In this document: piece by piece, positions 1 through 12,027 of the stretch
How the letters are laid out: each line of letters opens with the position of its first letter
Numbering within the stretch: the stretch's first letter is position 1
Assembly (NCBI GenBank): GCA_047495785.1
Contig: JBLDXI010000010.1
Coordinates: 62,001 to 126,000 of the forward strand
Origin: Lepidodermella squamata
Taxonomy: Eukaryota > Animalia > Gastrotricha
DNA: 64,000 nt
Reading direction: 5' to 3'
The notes under the pieces: model-generated
What the model saw: only the letters and a program-made list of their open reading frames with translations
What the model was told of the DNA's origin: nothing
Database searches by the model: none
Made by a program: the position numbers and the translations under genes

Positions 1-477
1 TTCTTCTTGGTTGAAATTCAGCACTGGAGTACCTGGTTCCAACTTGGTACCAGACCCGGAACCGGAGACTTCTTCTTCGAACCCTGTCGAAGGTGTGCGG
101 GTGGCAATCGGCTCGATTGGAAGTTGTTGCTGATCCCGAATCAATGACATCTGACTTTTCAACTGCTCGAGATTATTTTTCAGGGTTAGAAACGCTAATA
201 GCTGTTGCTGGTGTTGTTGCGCTTGTTGTTGCTGCTGAAGGTGTTGCAGAAAATTTATGGCACCGCTTTGATTATTAAAAGCAGTGGCAGCTGCCGGCCG
301 AGAAGTGGCACTGTTCAGCAGGAGCTGGCTCCAGATCAAAGATAGAGCCGATTCTGAGTTGGAACCCGGTAGCTGAAGGGCATTGGGCGCTTTCTCTAAG
401 GCACCGATCGACAAGTTCAGCGGCTCACCGAAATCGCCGCTTTTGCAGATCGAAGTGTTAAACAAATTACCGAGCAT
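1..477 (-). CDS. 5' part of a gene running off the window; Q-rich protein with PLNLS motif (probable transcriptional regulator)
   Basis: Manual translation from the ATG at 477 gives 159 open codons to base 1: MLGNLFNTSICKSGDFGEPLNLSIG...QHLQQQQQAQQHQQQ...; absent from the ORF track because it is open-ended. Confidence 0.75.
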   Translation of the reverse strand, partial: MLGNLFNTSICKSGDFGEPLNLSIGALEKAPNALQLPGSNSESALSLIWSQLLLNSATSRPAAATAFNNQSGAINFLQHLQQQQQAQQHQQQLLAFLTLKNNLEQLKSQMSLIRDQQQLPIEPIATRTPSTGFEEEVSGSGSGTKLEPGTPVLNFNQEE

Positions 478-1009
478 AGTAAATTCGCAAAAAATCTAGT
501 TTTCGATGAACAATAATTGTAATGAAGCTTTAAGGTGGATGCAATATTGTTAATCGCGCGAGGGGTCACGCGTCACATTGACAAGGCGATTATTGCGATC
601 GTGATGATGAGAGCTGCGCGCGCGCGCACAGGGTCGTCGTCGAATATTGGCAATAGCGAACTTCGCGTTACGATCAGGTTCCTTGTCTCAGCTATCGATT
701 TGTTATTGGCATTGCTGGAGAAATCAGGACTACAAACACTACTATAGTCTATAGTTTTGTTCTTATGGCGTCTTCGATGACAATAAGTAGAAATACGTAT
801 GGATTTGCATCGGGTTCTCCTCAAAGACTATAATAGTTAAAAGATCCGCGGTAAAGAAATTGTAAGCCCTTGCCCGAATCTCCATCTGAAGTTAAATTAA
901 GTGAATTGATTAGCATTCAGAGTCAGATCGGGGCCGAAAAGTTGAGAATTCTAAAATCTGCGTCTCAACCTAATCTTATAGTGGAACCAGTGAATCCATG
1001 TTTCCATAT

Positions 1010-1730
1010 CCCGAACAAAAAAGTGCACACTGTTTAAGAGATTTTTGGGTTCGCATTATTTTTTACGGGATTTTTGGCTATTTTTTTTATCGCCAACGAT
1101 GATTCATTCAGTCGTTTGGAGGTTTTATTGCTGTTATTGGAGTATTTTTGTCATAGTGCGAGAAATGCCCAAAAAAGTAGACGGCGCGTGCCACTTTTTT
1201 GCGAGGTTGATCGTCATGAAAAAAATGCACAGTGATATCACGAAAAAAATACGACTTTTTCTGCCATTCATGGAGTGGCGTTTTTTCGACTGATATCGAC
1301 CCTGTGATTTTAATTGCTGTTTTGGGGTTCTTTAGGATTTAATTTGAAATTAGCGTAAAAATGTCGAGATTTTTTGCAATGTCAAGAAATCTCGAAAATG
1401 AAATATGGACTTGGCGTCGCAAAAACAACAAAGTCCAAAGAGCAAGTTATTTATAAACCAATAAAAACAACATCATTTATGTGATCGCTGGTGGCGTAGT
1501 TGGTGAGGCGTTGGGCTGGTGCATCAATGTTCGATGGTTCAACCCCCGCCAGAGACACATTTTTAATTAATTGATTAAGCAATTATTGAATCAAATTACG
1601 ATATTTCTAGCTATTTGTATATTCTCGACATATTACGCTAATTTCAAATTAAATCCCAAAAAACCCTACTTAGAAAACACGTAAAAAAACACGAGAAAAG
1701 TCGCATTTGATAAACTTTTTTTTGTTCGGG
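1010..1730. mobile_element. Non-autonomous CACTA/EnSpm (CMC)-type DNA transposon
   Basis: Termini CCCGAACAAAAAAGT / ACTTTTTTTTGTTCGGG; AT dinucleotide on both flanks (2-bp TSD); second internal inverted repeat at ~1321-1370 / ~1622-1668. Confidence 0.7.
1485..1556 (+). pseudogene. tRNA-like sequence (GGT in the anticodon position) inside the transposon
   Basis: A box TGGCGTAGTTGG; B box GGTTCAACCC; acceptor stem TCGCTGG/CCAGAGA with 6 of 7 pairs; imperfect anticodon and T stems. Confidence 0.7.
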
Positions 1731-1789
1731 ATGGCGAAAGGCTTGAAACCCGATAGGTTGGCTCAAACGGCGCAAAACTCTATCGGTTT

Positions 1790-2340
1790 GTAACCCGTCT
1801 ACTTACTCGAACCTACACCACGAGGATTTGCGGGGAATCAAATCAAGGTGAAGATGAGTGAAGATCGCGACAAAAATGCAAATAACGTAGATTAATACCC
1901 GTCTGATCAGCCAAACGGCGCCGTTTGGAAAACAGGCGGCCGAATTAGACGGCGCGGAAAATGGATAATGCCGTCTGATTTCGGCCGTCTGACTAATACC
2001 GCATCTCTCCATTGGACAGATGAATCATCAATGAATCAATGAACCAATGAACCAATGAACCAATGAATCAATGAATGCATCAAATATACAGTATTAGTCC
2101 CAATGATGGTGGTAGGGAAACGCCGATCCTGGGCCACCTGCTTTCCAAACGTCGCTGATTGGTTGATCAGACGGGTATATTAAATATGATCACGTCCGCC
2201 GGCTGAATCAGTCGTCCGGCTTCAGCGGGCATGTTTGCCGGCCTAGCGGCCGGCTGCCCGCTTCAGCCGGCCGCCTGATTCAGACGGCGGGCATGATCCT
2301 ATAAATAACGTGAAAAATGAAACGGCCGAAATGACGGGCC
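1790..2340. repeat. Internally repetitive element (CCGTCTGA-like motif in both orientations) around an (AATGAACC/AATGAATC)n array at ~2020-2075
   Basis: Repeated ccgtctga / (tc)agacgg motifs and an 8-nt tandem repeat; no TSD found. Confidence 0.45.
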
Positions 2341-4094
2341 GGGGTTAGTTGACATTCAGGACCTGCACTCTATTTCGTTGTTTCCTTATTCTAATGAAAA
2401 ATTATGAAAAAATGCTACGTTGTCATTGGCATATACGATTGATGTTTGATGTTTGACGCCTCAGTTGACTTCACACCGAAATCCGCCACGTTGTAGCTGA
2501 TTTTGTGTTTCGAAGACTTCGAGCCGATCAACATAAGCGATGCATCTCATTATAAGATTCTTTTAATGACTGAATTATTCGCTCGGAAATAGAGCAATCG
2601 CGCGGAAAATTAATACCTAAAACTTTCGGCAAAAATGATACCAGGAAATTACGCCATGTTCAAAATATGCATGCGCTGTGTTCCGCTCGAATAGCTGAAA
2701 GTTGACACTGCAACTTCCTCCAAGACTTCACTTTTCACCTGAGCACAACTTTTTACGCCGCCAGATGCTGCAGATGCAGCCGTAACGTGAACTAAAAGTC
2801 AGATCCTGAAATTTACTGAAGGTCCAATTTCCGTGATCATGTGGAATGCGTGTTCGCACCGGAACTGTTTCGAAAGGACACGTATTGATGCTTAAAGAAA
2901 TTTATTCGATATAATATAATATAATTGACAGTATTTGCAAAAAAACTCAAGAACACGCCTAACATAACAGATCTTGCTGATCAGAGCTTTGCGGTTGCTG
3001 CTTTTGCGATTGCTGATGACATGGCGATAGGCGTGAGATCATTTCATTGACAATACTATCATCGCCATCACTGCTACCCGCCAGCCCCATCAATTCGTCG
3101 TCTTTCAACGCATTCCAAGTTGTGTTGACTGTTTTTGTTAATGCTGCCCGATGAGCCTTCTAAACCGCGTAGAGAGCCGTGGCTAGGGTCTAGAATGTCT
3201 TGTAAGGCTCTTGAACCTGAGCAGAGGCGGAGGCTCTGCCCCGAGTTCTTCCTGCGATCGACACAAGACAGAAGAAATGCATTTTCAGCTCCTAGACTGT
3301 CAGCTTCACCCCTGTCGAACAGAAACATTTTAGCATTAGCTTTGATTTGATGTTTTATAAAAATAGCAAGGAAACGCTGGAATCGCAAGTACGCATTTTG
3401 CTCAGGGACATCAGTGGTTTTGAATTCTATACAAATATTTCAGCGCTGCATGTCGAAGTTGGCGGAAGTACAACAGCATACATAAAATTTTAGTCGCAAA
3501 ACAAGAGTTTTGTGTCTCATCAGCCTGCCCAGACATCGCTGTTTTAATGCGCTATTAGCGGGGTAACACAGACTTCTCTCTCATAAGGCATTCATAAGGC
3601 ATTTCTCAGATCATAAATGGTTGGAAACAGCAGACCTCGCAAAGTAACACCCGGATGAGGGAAGCTGCGAGGAATTTTTTATCCGACAGTGTCTAATTGC
3701 GTCTCAAATATCTGATTATCTAACGTCTGCCGTGGGCATACATAAATCATCGAGATGAAAAATTGTTTCGAGAATATCTATGTGATTTCTTAGAGGAGCG
3801 AACAAATAAAATCAGCCTACATGTTTTCAAGCTCGTTTTCAAGCTGATTTTTGCTTAATTCGGAATACCTATTGAGTTTTAAAAACCGTTCAAAAATTGA
3901 ACGAATAATGCAACGTCGGGAGTACTGTATATCCGCTGTATATCTTTTTTTGAAGATGGCAATTTTGGAAACGATTTGAGACTACCTAAAAACCCGAGAA
4001 GCCAGTAGCTTGCTTAACATCATCCTTGGAATGGAAGGCCATCTAGCCTTCTGCGTTGTTGAGAAGTCTCAAAATGTCTAGAATAATGTTACGT

Positions 4095-4500
4095 TCACAA
4101 ACTGCTTCGGAGACGCGTCCGAAGTTTTAGCCTCCGAAGTTTCGTAATCGCTCTCCGAAGTTTGACTAGATTTTCGTTCACGAACGCACGCACTTCGGAC
4201 TGGGCGCCCGAAGTGAGAACAATGGGCGGCGCGCACGCACTGAACAAAGGACGCGCACAAACTTCGGTTCGGAGAGCCCCGCAACTCTCCGAAGCGCCTC
4301 CGAACCGAAGTTTGTGCGTGTCCGAAGTTACTGCGTCGTACGCACAATAGAAACTTCGGACGACTCATGTAGCGCGCGCGGAAATTGCCACTGATAAAGT
4401 CACCGAAGTTTCGCTTGAGTTTTCCGAAGTTTCAGTTCGGTCTCCGAAGACACCCTCTCCGATGTTAGTTTTTGGACGCACCATAACATTTCACGAATGT
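4095..4500. repeat. MITE-like element built of CCGAAGTT / ACTTCGG motifs
   Basis: More than ten copies of the motif in both orientations; termini not resolved. Confidence 0.5.
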
Positions 4501-6809
4501 GAAATATAAAAGGAAAAGTTCATTATAACGAATTTGTTTGCATTTTTGATGCTTCAGCCAGCATATATATTTCATCAGGCCCTTTTAATCAAGAGCGCAA
4601 ATTCTACTTTCTACCTACTTTCAAGGTAACTGCCGAAACGTCCAACTAAATGAGCTCGCTAAAATGAGGGTCTGACCGAAACATTGACTCTCTCTCCATC
4701 AATTTCGAAATAACCGATTACTTTCAACTTAATATTTTAGAATATGCATTCACTATGGTAACCAAAAATTGGCGATTTTTCGATTAGTGCGCATCAAATG
4801 CTTTTCGGCATCTGGTCCTTATTTTTGGATCGGGTCAGCTGCTCGCCGCCCTCGCTTCTGTGCTTTCCAAAGCACCAGCAAACTTAGTTCCACTAAACAA
4901 AGGTGTCGCCTAGAACAGAATCGCCCAACGGGCTAATATTATTTTCTCCCTTGGTCTAGAAACTAAATAAACCTGAAGTCAACATTGACGTTTGAAATAA
5001 AACCCGATTGTTGTAAGCCTGCTTCTTATTGATGATTCAGGGCATGATCATGCTGAATAAATTAACTTCGGCAAACGATTTCATTTCTGCTTTCATTTCT
5101 TTGAAGTTTATGAAATAATGACTTGGTACCGGACCGGCGAAGTTGGGAACTTGGGTCACGAATGAAATCTGAAATCCTCTGGGTTCATCTCAAAATCATT
5201 AGCTAATAAGAGCAAGCGATGATGGAAGTTCCAATCATGAACTGTTAGTTTTGGAGTTGGTTGGCAAAAATGAAAATTTTCCAAGACATAGGTACACGTC
5301 GTTATCCTTTACAGAGAAAACTCATGACATGTAAAACCTCATGACTAGTTAGGAATGATAACTTCAGAAGCAGCTTCAGAACGGCCGATTGAAAGCCTAA
5401 AAATCGTGCTGAAATTGTTAGTAAAAGTGAACTTTTCACCGATTTTCGGCGACCCCTGGGCACGTGCCGATGCGTGGCCGAGCCGGATCCACCAGTCGAA
5501 CTGCCTTGCGCTCCTGCTGACACTGCTTCCCATGTTGTCGCTGGAAGCAGTCGCGCGCGCTTGCTGCGAGACCACAGCACGGCGGTTGTAGTTGCAGTTT
5601 TTGTTGTTTCCGCTGTTGTTATTCGAAACAAGGTTATCACGGTAGCTGCCTGAGTTGTTGCGACGAGGCTCGACCGATTGCGCCGCAACTCTTCGATGGC
5701 GGTCAACAACCACCAAATCGGGGTCGGGTTTGGTCGTCTTTAACGTGCTGCTTTGATGACCGGTGACTATAGGTAGCCGTCGGTCGTGCGCACTGGAACA
5801 AATGGTATGCTGCCCTTGAACCCTCGACCCTTGAGAACTGCTAAGTTGTTGTCAGACTTCGGTTGAACATGCCGTGCCTGCCTGTCGAGCGCTTCGGGCA
5901 AGACGCCAGCAGAAGGAGAGCACAGAGTGCCGATCGATGGTGTGCATGGTACCAAGATAGATTTTGTCCACAACGGCTCAGGGTGCGGTCATAGTGTTCG
6001 GCCTCCATGAGAGCTTCGCATATAACATGAATGCCTAAGCGCAGCACTTCGAACTGAGGAACGCTGGAGAAATGGGGGAGCCGTTGAGCCGGGCTGGCGG
6101 TTTCCGCGGGAAAAGCGAGCGCTTCACTATTTGAAAAATTTAACTTTGCCGCCAGCGCTCACGGAGAAACACGTGGCTGTACGTGGCTCTACGACACAAA
6201 CTGCATAATGATTGTAGTTTAACTCAGGATGGCCTTGTTTGACCTAGATTCGCTTTACGCTAAGCTGTAATTGTGAATTAAAAACTATAATAAAAGTTCG
6301 CGAAGATGCACTTTTCACTATGCAGCGGTCATTTGCTTCCCCTTCACATTTGGTTTTGGTTTCCCAGTCGAACGCGGGTCACATTTCGAAACGAAGAAGT
6401 TATATAAATGTCATATGCCAGTCACATGAAAACTTTTTTGTTATGCCATTTTCATATAACATTTCGTATGCCGGCTACGTGACATCTTTTGCGTAATGCC
6501 ATTTTCATATTACCTTCATGTCACAGTGATTTGCAGCGTATTTTTGATATGATTTTCGTACTAAGTGAGCATGACATTAGTTACACGCCAGAAATATGAA
6601 TACATCAAAGTCAAAATCCTGTAGGCCTAGGTTAGGGTCCTATATAGTGAAAATCAAAAGTTAGCACGGTCAGGAATCTAAAAATGTCTCACACCTAAAT
6701 AAGAGCAAGGGTAATAAGAGCATTCGAAGCTGGGAAGAGGTAGGGGAAATTAGATGAATTTAAATTTAAAATTAAAGAAGCAGCACCAAGTTATTCCTAT
6801 CAGCTATCA

Positions 6810-6960
6810 CAGTCTTTCTTGAAAGTGGGGTCGCGGACGATTTTAAAAAAGGTCGCGGAAGGTTTCTGGGGTCGTGGGGTCGCGAGGGTCGCGGCGAGAA
6901 TCACTCAATTTGTCTCAAAATTAACCGTAAAGCCCACTTTTAAAGCAATTTTAGCCCATT
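6810..6960 (+). mobile_element. Probable nested hAT (Charlie-like) terminal fragment
   Basis: CAGTCTTTCTTGAAAGTGGGGTCGCG followed by GGGTCGCG repeats, resembling hAT-Charlie ends. Confidence 0.4.
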
Positions 6961-7664
6961 TTCAGACAAAATTATGGAAAAATATCGTCAGCTAATACGA
7001 AAATACGTATCCCTTGAAACTATCCCACTTTCACTGTAGCTATTGGAGCTCTTGAAAAAGGCGTCATTTTGGTCCGTTTTGCAGCAGGTTACCATGCCCA
7101 GGAAAATTCCACGCCTATAATGGCCGGTGTAGCTAGACCCTAGGAAAAATAAAAAATTCGTACAAACATTTATTTCTCGACAACCTGCGTAGTTGAAATG
7201 AGTTTCTAAGGCATAGAATTCCGGTATTCTACCATGCTAAGTAATGCAGAATATTTAAGGTTAAAAAAATGACTTAAAAGAGATACAAATGTTGGCTTTT
7301 CAATAGAGATACAAATAGGCTATACCTCATTCGGCTATATCATAATGACTATGTGTCCTACGTGGAAACCGATTTCACCATTAGAATCCACACGAAAAGC
7401 TACAGTAGGAAACATTTTCAAAATTAAAACATAAAAAAAATTAAAAATAAAAATAAAAATAAAGCATAGGTATACAAAATGACCGATATCGCGAACAAGG
7501 CACCCTCTGTGTGTACCCTGAGTGACATGGGTGTTCACTTGTGCGCCCTCCAACTGCTCTATGAGCAAACAAACCCACCTTACTTGCCTTCACACTCGCA
7601 TCAAAAAATTGAAAAAACCGACTGGAAACTTATATGCCCCTATTAACCATCACGGTATGATAGC

Positions 7665-7735
7665 GGCCAGCTAGTCTAGTGGTAGCGCGTCCACCTCTAA
7701 GGCAAGGCGACCCGGGTTCGACTCCAACCGACGAC
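7665..7735 (+). pseudogene. Degenerate tRNA-like sequence (CTA in the anticodon position) inside the transposon
   Basis: A box TAGTCTAGTGG and B box GGTTCGACTCC at tRNA spacing; acceptor and anticodon stems do not pair. Confidence 0.65.
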
Positions 7736-8365
7736 ACAAGTCAACTTCGACCCATTTGTCTTTCGATTCTTTCAAACAATGTTTGGAGGGGATCTGCATT
7801 GGTTACCGGCGCCTGAGACCTCAGGGGGCTGAGTAATTACCATTTTAATTATTGCTAATTGGGTTCTAAATATTTGCATATGCTAATGAGCTTCTGAGTC
7901 AAAGTCATATGAAGATCATATGCCGGTTATATAACCATCGATGTGACATTTTCTTCAAAAGTTAGCTACAAAGAACGACATTTCCTATATTGCAATCACA
8001 TGTGACTAGTAATATGATGGAATCGCTGAAAATTATATAACTTTCATATGACCCGCGTTCGACTGGGTTAAGATGCGGATTGGATTTTGTGATTGGCAAT
8101 TTATTCATGGACCACGAAACAGTTTTGCGTTCCGTTTCGCGAGGCTCTATGACCAGATTGACTGCTGTATTTGGACTTTACTGGCTGATAGTGTTTACTT
8201 CCTAACTAGGAAAATATTTTATTTCAGCCATTATTCACTGATCAGCCTGTAGCGTGTAACACTTATGCATTATAATGAGATAATTCGTATGACTCGTTAT
8301 GCCAAGTTTACTATCAAACAAAATAACTGATTAGTACAGACTAAAACTGATCAGCCGTCATATAA

Positions 8366-8863
8366 TCAAGGTTCGATCGGACAAGCTTTCTCGTTCGTGA
8401 TAGGCGTGTCAGGTGTGTCGGGCTGCTCTAACATTTCTGTTAAAATTTTGTTGAACTCAGTTGAGCAACAGCGCACTGGCTTAGATGAGCCTGCTGCTCG
8501 AGGCAGCCCATCTGAGATTAGGGTTTCCATTTGCTGCCGCCACAATTTCTCCGCTTTTATCGCTTCCAACTGAGATTCGGTTTCATTACCATTTGAATCC
8601 AGACGAAATTTTCGTTGATTGGCAGGATCAGTTACCGTAATGGTGAGCTTTGAAGGTGGGAGAAAGGCTGATTCACTTCTAGCCAGGTTCTCCGTTGACG
8701 TGGGTTGCGATGAGTAAGGTTCTGGTGAGAAAGTGACATGCCGGGATGCCGAGCCTTTCCTCGAAGAGATGGCACTAGGTGCCGTAGATCCAGGTCGTCG
8801 ATAGTCGATGTCCGTGACGGATTGAGACCGTTTCCGTTCTAGTGGCTTATGGTTTCGTTGCAT
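8366..8863 (-). CDS. Uncharacterised single-exon S/R-rich protein (165 aa)
   Basis: ORF from aaaATG (MQRNHKPLERKRSQS...); contains RHVTF, an RVxF-like motif. Confidence 0.6.
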   Translation of the reverse strand: MQRNHKPLERKRSQSVTDIDYRRPGSTAPSAISSRKGSASRHVTFSPEPYSSQPTSTENLARSESAFLPPSKLTITVTDPANQRKFRLDSNGNETESQLEAIKAEKLWRQQMETLISDGLPRAAGSSKPVRCCSTEFNKILTEMLEQPDTPDTPITNEKACPIEP

Positions 8864-9747
8864 TTTGTAAAGAAAAATGCGAGCATGAAAACTAAAAATG
8901 CGAAGAAATCGTCTCTTTTTATACCCCACCGCCTTCCGTGCTGCTTTTTTTGGCATTGCGTGAATCAAGTATTGATTTCGGAGATTGCGGAAATGGCCCT
9001 GCCGCTTTATAATTTATGAGCCGCATTTTACGCAGTGATTCCTTCTAGATTTCTAGCTGATGAATAATAGCTGCGTGGAAATGGAAATTCAAGAAAAGAT
9101 TGAAACGCCCTCATACGCTTGTAGCACGTGACTAGTGACCAATTTTTTCCTGTTGATCATGCCCTCAGAGTGCTATATGGAAACTATGTCTATGTGAACT
9201 CATATTAGCTGAACTGATGCTATTCCATGTTGGCAATACCTTTTTTGAACCATTCATGGTTTCGAAGATATCGATCAGTCTGGTTCAGCTGGACTCATAT
9301 ATCATACGCGAGCAGCGATAAATAGCTGCATCGGATGATAAATGACGTGGGAAGGGATGCGGCTCTGACGCAAATGCCATTGAGCAGAGTCTGCGACAAC
9401 GTTTCAAATGTAAAATCGCCGGGTTAGCAAAAGCACTATGACTATCATTAATATTATTGTCACAACGTCGTCGGTAACTCGACACCAAGAGTGTATTGAC
9501 GTCAAGAAGCTACGCAAATCTTCGAAAAGATTGCCTCGGTGCACCTATTTGTGAAATGCAATCTTTGCAGTACTAAGTCTCGCCTTACGATCGATCTCAC
9601 ACTTATATCATCGCCAATCCGTTTCGCGTTAGATTGAAGTTGCATGGATTTCACAGTATGAATCTCGTGTTCTGTACTCGTTTCCATCTCCGAGATTGAA
9701 ATCACTGCCGGTTTTATCAAATTCAAAATTTCTCACGAACTGGCGCC

Positions 9748-10429
9748 ATGGGAAATTACCTATGCCCTTGCCTGAAGGAATATTACGGGTGTTGTGCCGA
9801 CTTCTCCATTAACCGATCCGGAATCAAAATAAATGGTAAGCTTGAAAAATGCAATGCAAGACACTTGGTACATTGGCTTTTATTGCAGTAATTGAAGCAA
9901 CTACAACAATTCCCATGCGAACTCCGTCAGACTCAATATCCAACGACATGGGGGGAGCAAACAACATCGTGATAAGCCAGCAGCAAATACAGCAATATCT
10001 AGAGCACAAAATGAAAATAATCCCAACAGCGGAAGAACTTCGTCAAAAGATCCGAAAAGCTAAGGCCTGCGGAAAAGTCGAAAACGCCCCAGAGAATTTA
10101 GCTCTGTAAGTATGACAAAAGGATGCAATCAGGCAGAAAAATATTTCTGTTTCTATAGACCCGAGGCGGTTCAGCTCGGTGGCTCGGCAAAATCAACAGG
10201 CATGGCCGTTGTGGGCGGCCCTCCAACTACAGCGCCGCAAAATGCAAACAAACCTGGTTCCTTAGCAGCTGCCATCGCTATGACAAATGGATCCGGCAAG
10301 CTCTTCTATCACAACCTTCCTTCTGTCAATGATGACAGCGGCAATACATGCCTTCCCGCAGCAGCCCTAATGATCGTTTCAACAGAGAGACGCCACTCGA
10401 AAGAATTTAAAAAATCGGAAGGAGCGTAG
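9748..10429 (+). CDS. Three-exon protein of unknown family (191 aa) with N-myristoylation/palmitoylation-like N-terminus
   Basis: gccATGG start, MGNYLCPCLKEYYGCC; exons 9748-9835, 9889-10105 and 10159-10429 join in frame across two 53-nt GTAAG..AG introns; AATAAA at ~10472. Confidence 0.75.
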
Positions 10430-10875
10430 AGCAGTAGCGTTTGCGCGATAATTTTTATCTTTCATTTTTCGAATAAATTGTCAAGAGGACAGCTTGCAGG
10501 AAGTTCAAATATCTGACCGAATTTTTGCTTTGACAAACTTGTTTGGAGTCCGTTCATAACACACTATCATGATTATTATATAATCAATCGATAATAGTCT
10601 TACAAATGTGAGCTAATATATCTAGATCTAAGGTCTTGGCGGGAAGCAGAATCGTGTGTGATGAAATGAAAATTTTATGAATAGTTTACATTAATTAGCT
10701 GAATTCTTACATTTGTCACGTCATCAGAACGCCCGCAGGTAGCCTGCATAAAAAATGCTCGCGTACGTTGGGGTGAGGGGTGGCGATGTTATCACGAAGT
10801 GTTATTCATGTTTTGACACGTCTTTGAAGCGTTTTTAAAGCTAAGATTTCACTGGGCTACGCTAGTTGAATCAAA

Positions 10876-11788
10876 ATGGTCATCATAATTACTGTTATAA
10901 CTCTGTTACTGATAAATGCTGGCCAGCCTGCGCCTATTATTCCTGTGCCACACGGCGGAGGAGGCTGCGAACCCCTTTTAATGAGCATATCAAAACGGCT
11001 GGCCTTCTACGGCGGAGGGACCGATTTTCAAATGATTTTTTACAATTCTATCGATGAGAATTGTGGCGATATTGTTATCGATCTTCAGCTGCGTTATTTC
11101 AAAGCATCAGGAGATGAAGAGAACGGCACTATCATCGCAAAATCCCAATGCAACCCAGCTCCAATCACGAACGAGACCCGCTCCATCACATGCGAAGCGC
11201 CAAATATTACACAAATCATTGCATCTGAAGACTTTGAGCATCAAAATGGTGTCTTAGCGATAGAGCCTTTTAATCAACTATTTGGATGCAAGGTATCTGC
11301 GGACGATACCAAGGGCAAGTTGTGCTACTCTTTGACTATCCGAGATACCGGTCGAATCATCGTTTTCGCCCACTCCATTATGAGCGAGAAACTTGCCTCA
11401 AGTGTAAGGACGCAGCAATCATTGAGATATTACGGCAATCCAGTCGTTGAATCAGCGACTCTAACTGCTGCAACTGGGCGAGTTGAAATAGAGGTACGAG
11501 TTTAAACCTTAAAATAACCTATATTTGCATTCTTATTATACACAGGGTTCTGGATTAGTTGGAGACAACCCTGCTGTGATAAGCCGTCTGTATTCAGTTA
11601 ATGTGACCAACGTTGTAACTGGATCAAAAAAGCAATGTAACGTCGACCTGACAGAAGCAACAAGTGAGAAGCTTTCGTGTAAAATCAATGACTTTGAATG
11701 GTTATCAGTCAACAGCCACACAAAGCTTTCACTTCAAGTTTCTGCAGGAAACTGGCAAGCCCTGGACGTCGTCACTGAAGTGATATAA
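10876..11788 (+). CDS. Secreted protein with C-terminal IPT/TIG-like fold (~286 aa)
   Basis: Signal peptide MVIIITVITLLLINAG; phase-0 intron 11494-11545 joins the two ORFs; GRVEIEGSGL...CNV...SEKLSCKI pattern. Confidence 0.7.
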
Positions 11789-12027
11789 AGTCGTCATCAT
11801 CACGGAAGGTCTTGCGCCAGTCTAATCAGCTGAAGTGGTTACATAGTTATCGAAGTTAATTTTTCTAATGGCGCTGGTCGCTGTCACTACGCTAGTTTTA
11901 CTACATAGATCTGTCGTAATAAAGTGAGAATATTATGTCTTTGAATATAGTACACAAGGGATAATGAAAACAACTGAATGTCAATGTTTTAATAGAGGCG
12001 ATTGTTAGATGACCGAGGATCTTCACT

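Larger units (their letters stand above)
6363..8067. mobile_element. Non-autonomous CACTA/EnSpm (CMC)-type DNA transposon
   Basis: Perfect 19-bp TIR CCCAGTCGAACGCGGGTCA / TGACCCGCGTTCGACTGGG; TT TSD on both sides; subterminal GTCATATG/GTCACATG-like repeats at both ends. Confidence 0.85.

Noticed and set aside
1485-1556. Functional tRNA-Thr(GGT)
   Set aside because: The T stem is mismatched and the anticodon loop is atypical; GGT Thr anticodons are not normally used in eukaryotes
3074-3420. Coding remnant (104-aa ORF)
   Set aside because: No true ATG context, splice support or recognisable domain
4095-4500. CRISPR-like repeat-spacer array
   Set aside because: Eukaryotic context; the motif is only ~8 nt, irregularly spaced and in both orientations
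5300-6100. Degenerate gag-like/zinc-knuckle ORF or gene on the minus strand
   Set aside because: Coding-like composition, but several stops and frame changes and no motif I can support
7665-7735. Functional amber-suppressor tRNA (CTA) or alternative genetic code
   Set aside because: Anticodon and acceptor stems do not pair, it lies in a transposon, and TAG ends genes normally in this window
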